A DNA stretch of 50,903 nucleotides, from the NCBI GenBank assembly GCA_050230475.1, contig JBFLGF010000016.1, forward strand, positions 124,001 through 174,903, given 5' to 3'. The DNA is from Ancylonema sp. Lineage: Eukaryota. Under the pieces are notes generated by a model. The model worked only from the letters and a program-made list of their open reading frames with translations. It was not told the origin of the DNA and searched no databases. This document shows, piece after piece, positions 49,357 to 50,903 of this stretch. The first letter of the stretch is position 1. Each line of letters opens with the position of its first letter. The position numbers and the translations under genes are program-made.

Positions 49357-50903
49357 TGTTAGGACTGCCCCTCTATAGCCACTAGTGTGTCTCTAGAGTG
49401 TGCCTCCTACACCATGCTACTCTACACCCTGCTACTAGCCCTAGAGTGCTAGTAGCGACTTTGTCCTTATATCGAGTTCTGCCCCTTTATAGTGAGATAT
49501 CTGTTCCTAGCGACTTAGTCCCTATAACGAGTGTTTGCCCTTAGCTTTCCAGTTTACTCTAATATCGAGTTCTGCCCCTTTATAGTGAGATATCTGTTCC
49601 TAGCGACTTTGTCCCTATAACGAGTGTTTGTTTGCCCTTAGCTTTCCAGTTTACTCTTATATCGAGTTCTAGGTATCCCACTTATAGTCTTGATTCAGAC
49701 TTCAGTCAGTTCCTATATCTAGTCGATAGGCATGCCTTTAGAGCATTCCTATCAACTCATGTACTTGCACTCATTCCGAATTGCCATTATAGATCAAACC
49801 ATCCAATCCGGTCCGGCCATTCCGCCATCTTATTCTTGAAGTGCACTTGCAATTCATATTGCTAGAGCCGTCCTTCCGACGCCTCTAACACTTTGATAGG
49901 AATACAATTGGTGATTTTTCAAATTAGTTTTCATGCTACTTGATCTTCACTTCGGGGGTTTGTAGACCCTTCGTAGGCCAATTTCGGCTTCAATTCTGGC
50001 CATTTCGGCTTCATTGGCCTTTTCGGCTTCGGGTTACTAGTCTTTACCCAACCATCCATTGGCCATTCGGCTTCGTTTTTCATTCATAACGACATGGATG
50101 AACCATTCAAACCGTTTACAATCACATCTTTCCCCTGGAACTCAAAGGCACGCAGGCCTCGGAGCAGGCCCGTGCAATTCAGACCAAGATTGACTCAACA
50201 ATACGTTTCATGAAAAATTTACATGCTGACATTGTTGTCTTTCCTCAAGACAGTCCTGATCCCCGCCCCATGTCACTTGCTACCCTCCAGCATCACCTAC
50301 GATTTCGATCTTTCCAAGTATCCCAGCTGTTGAAGATCCAGGCTAATCATATTTCTATTCCTGGTCCTACCTCTCTTGCTTCCCAGGCTACAAGCGGGCC
50401 AGCTACCACTCCTAGCCTGCCGATCTGCATTGCTACCCTGGCGTCCAGTCCTACCCCTGCATCTGCTACTTTTGTCTATGGTGCTGCAGCAGTCAAACTG
50501 CCAGCTCCTACCCCTATCTTGACAATCTGTCCGGCTAGCCCGGCAGCTACTTCTACTCCTGCAGCTGCTACAGCTACTTCACCAGTCTGCTCCGCAGAGC
50601 AGTTCCCCCTTTCTACTCCTACAGCTATCCATGCCGCCCCAGCTTTTGCAGCTATTGAAGCTCCTCCGCCTACTCCAGCTCCAGCTCCAGCTGTTCCAGC
50701 TATAGTCATTCACCCCAGTCCTCTTGCAACAGTTATGCCCCCGGTTCTAGCCCTGGCTCTTCTCTTGCCGACTCCCAACAGCCCGCGCGGGGCTTTGGAA
50801 CCCAACATCCCCGACCTGCAGTCTTTCCCATCCCCACCCTCCCCTCCCTTCCTGCTACCTTTCCTCTCCCCCCTATTTCCCCCCGATCCTCGCAATGCTA
50901 CTC
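49357..50903 (+). mobile_element. 5' end of an LTR retrotransposon nested in the PHD-Gypsy; LTR 49357-49890, self-priming-type PBS; runs off the window
   Basis: Termini TGTTAG...CTAACA (6-bp inverted), ~95-bp tandem repeats in U3 (49455-49670), TATA at 49714. TTGATAGGAAT at 49893-49903 is complementary to ATTCCTATCAA at 49745-49755. Confidence 0.75.
50210..50903 (+). CDS. Open Pro/Ala/Thr-rich reading frame with no stop in the window; probably the element's first (gag-position) ORF
   Basis: Hand translation from ATG 50210 (MKNLHADIVVFPQDSPDPRPM...PAATSTPAAATATSP...APPPTPAPAPAVP...) stays open for 231 codons to the window end. No domain recognised. Confidence 0.45.
   Translation, partial: MKNLHADIVVFPQDSPDPRPMSLATLQHHLRFRSFQVSQLLKIQANHISIPGPTSLASQATSGPATTPSLPICIATLASSPTPASATFVYGAAAVKLPAPTPILTICPASPAATSTPAAATATSPVCSAEQFPLSTPTAIHAAPAFAAIEAPPPTPAPAPAVPAIVIHPSPLATVMPPVLALALLLPTPNSPRGALEPNIPDLQSFPSPPSPPFLLPFLSPLFPPDPRNAT

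Noticed and set aside
49455..49670. Regularly spaced repeats as a CRISPR-like array
   Set aside because: The whole unit repeats with no unique spacers, it lies inside an LTR, and no cas genes are present.

Overview
Eukaryotic, intron-rich, transposon-dense DNA from a green-plant lineage. Plant-type FIP1[V] motifs and a plastid-type starch phosphorylase point to a streptophyte alga or non-seed plant (inference). Three host genes could be spliced by hand. (1) FIP1[V]-like polyadenylation factor (+, 3120-8960, 10 exons, one apparent C-run frameshift). (2) Plastid-type alpha-glucan phosphorylase (-, 15111-22100, 17 exons, 943 aa, one GC-AG intron). (3) A CRTAC1/ASPIC-UnbV FG-GAP protein with a transit-peptide-like leader (+, 32054-39823, 15 exons, 612 aa). 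Two disrupted sorbitol-dehydrogenase copies sit head-to-head around a PIF/Harbinger element. The remainder is mobile DNA: a decayed CRE-type non-LTR element, two Ty3/Gypsy fragments with a PHD finger after integrase, a deleted Copia with both LTRs and a TSD, a half-tRNA-primed Copia fragment, a Tf1-like self-priming LTR element, and pogo-like and hAT MITEs. The most unusual observation is that both PHD-Gypsy elements end in the same compound architecture (PPT - repeat A - CA-NN-TG junction - segment B - repeat A') even though their repeat sequences are unrelated. One of them is also continuous with sequence homologous to the Copia LTR. All calls are by eye; no database searches were run.
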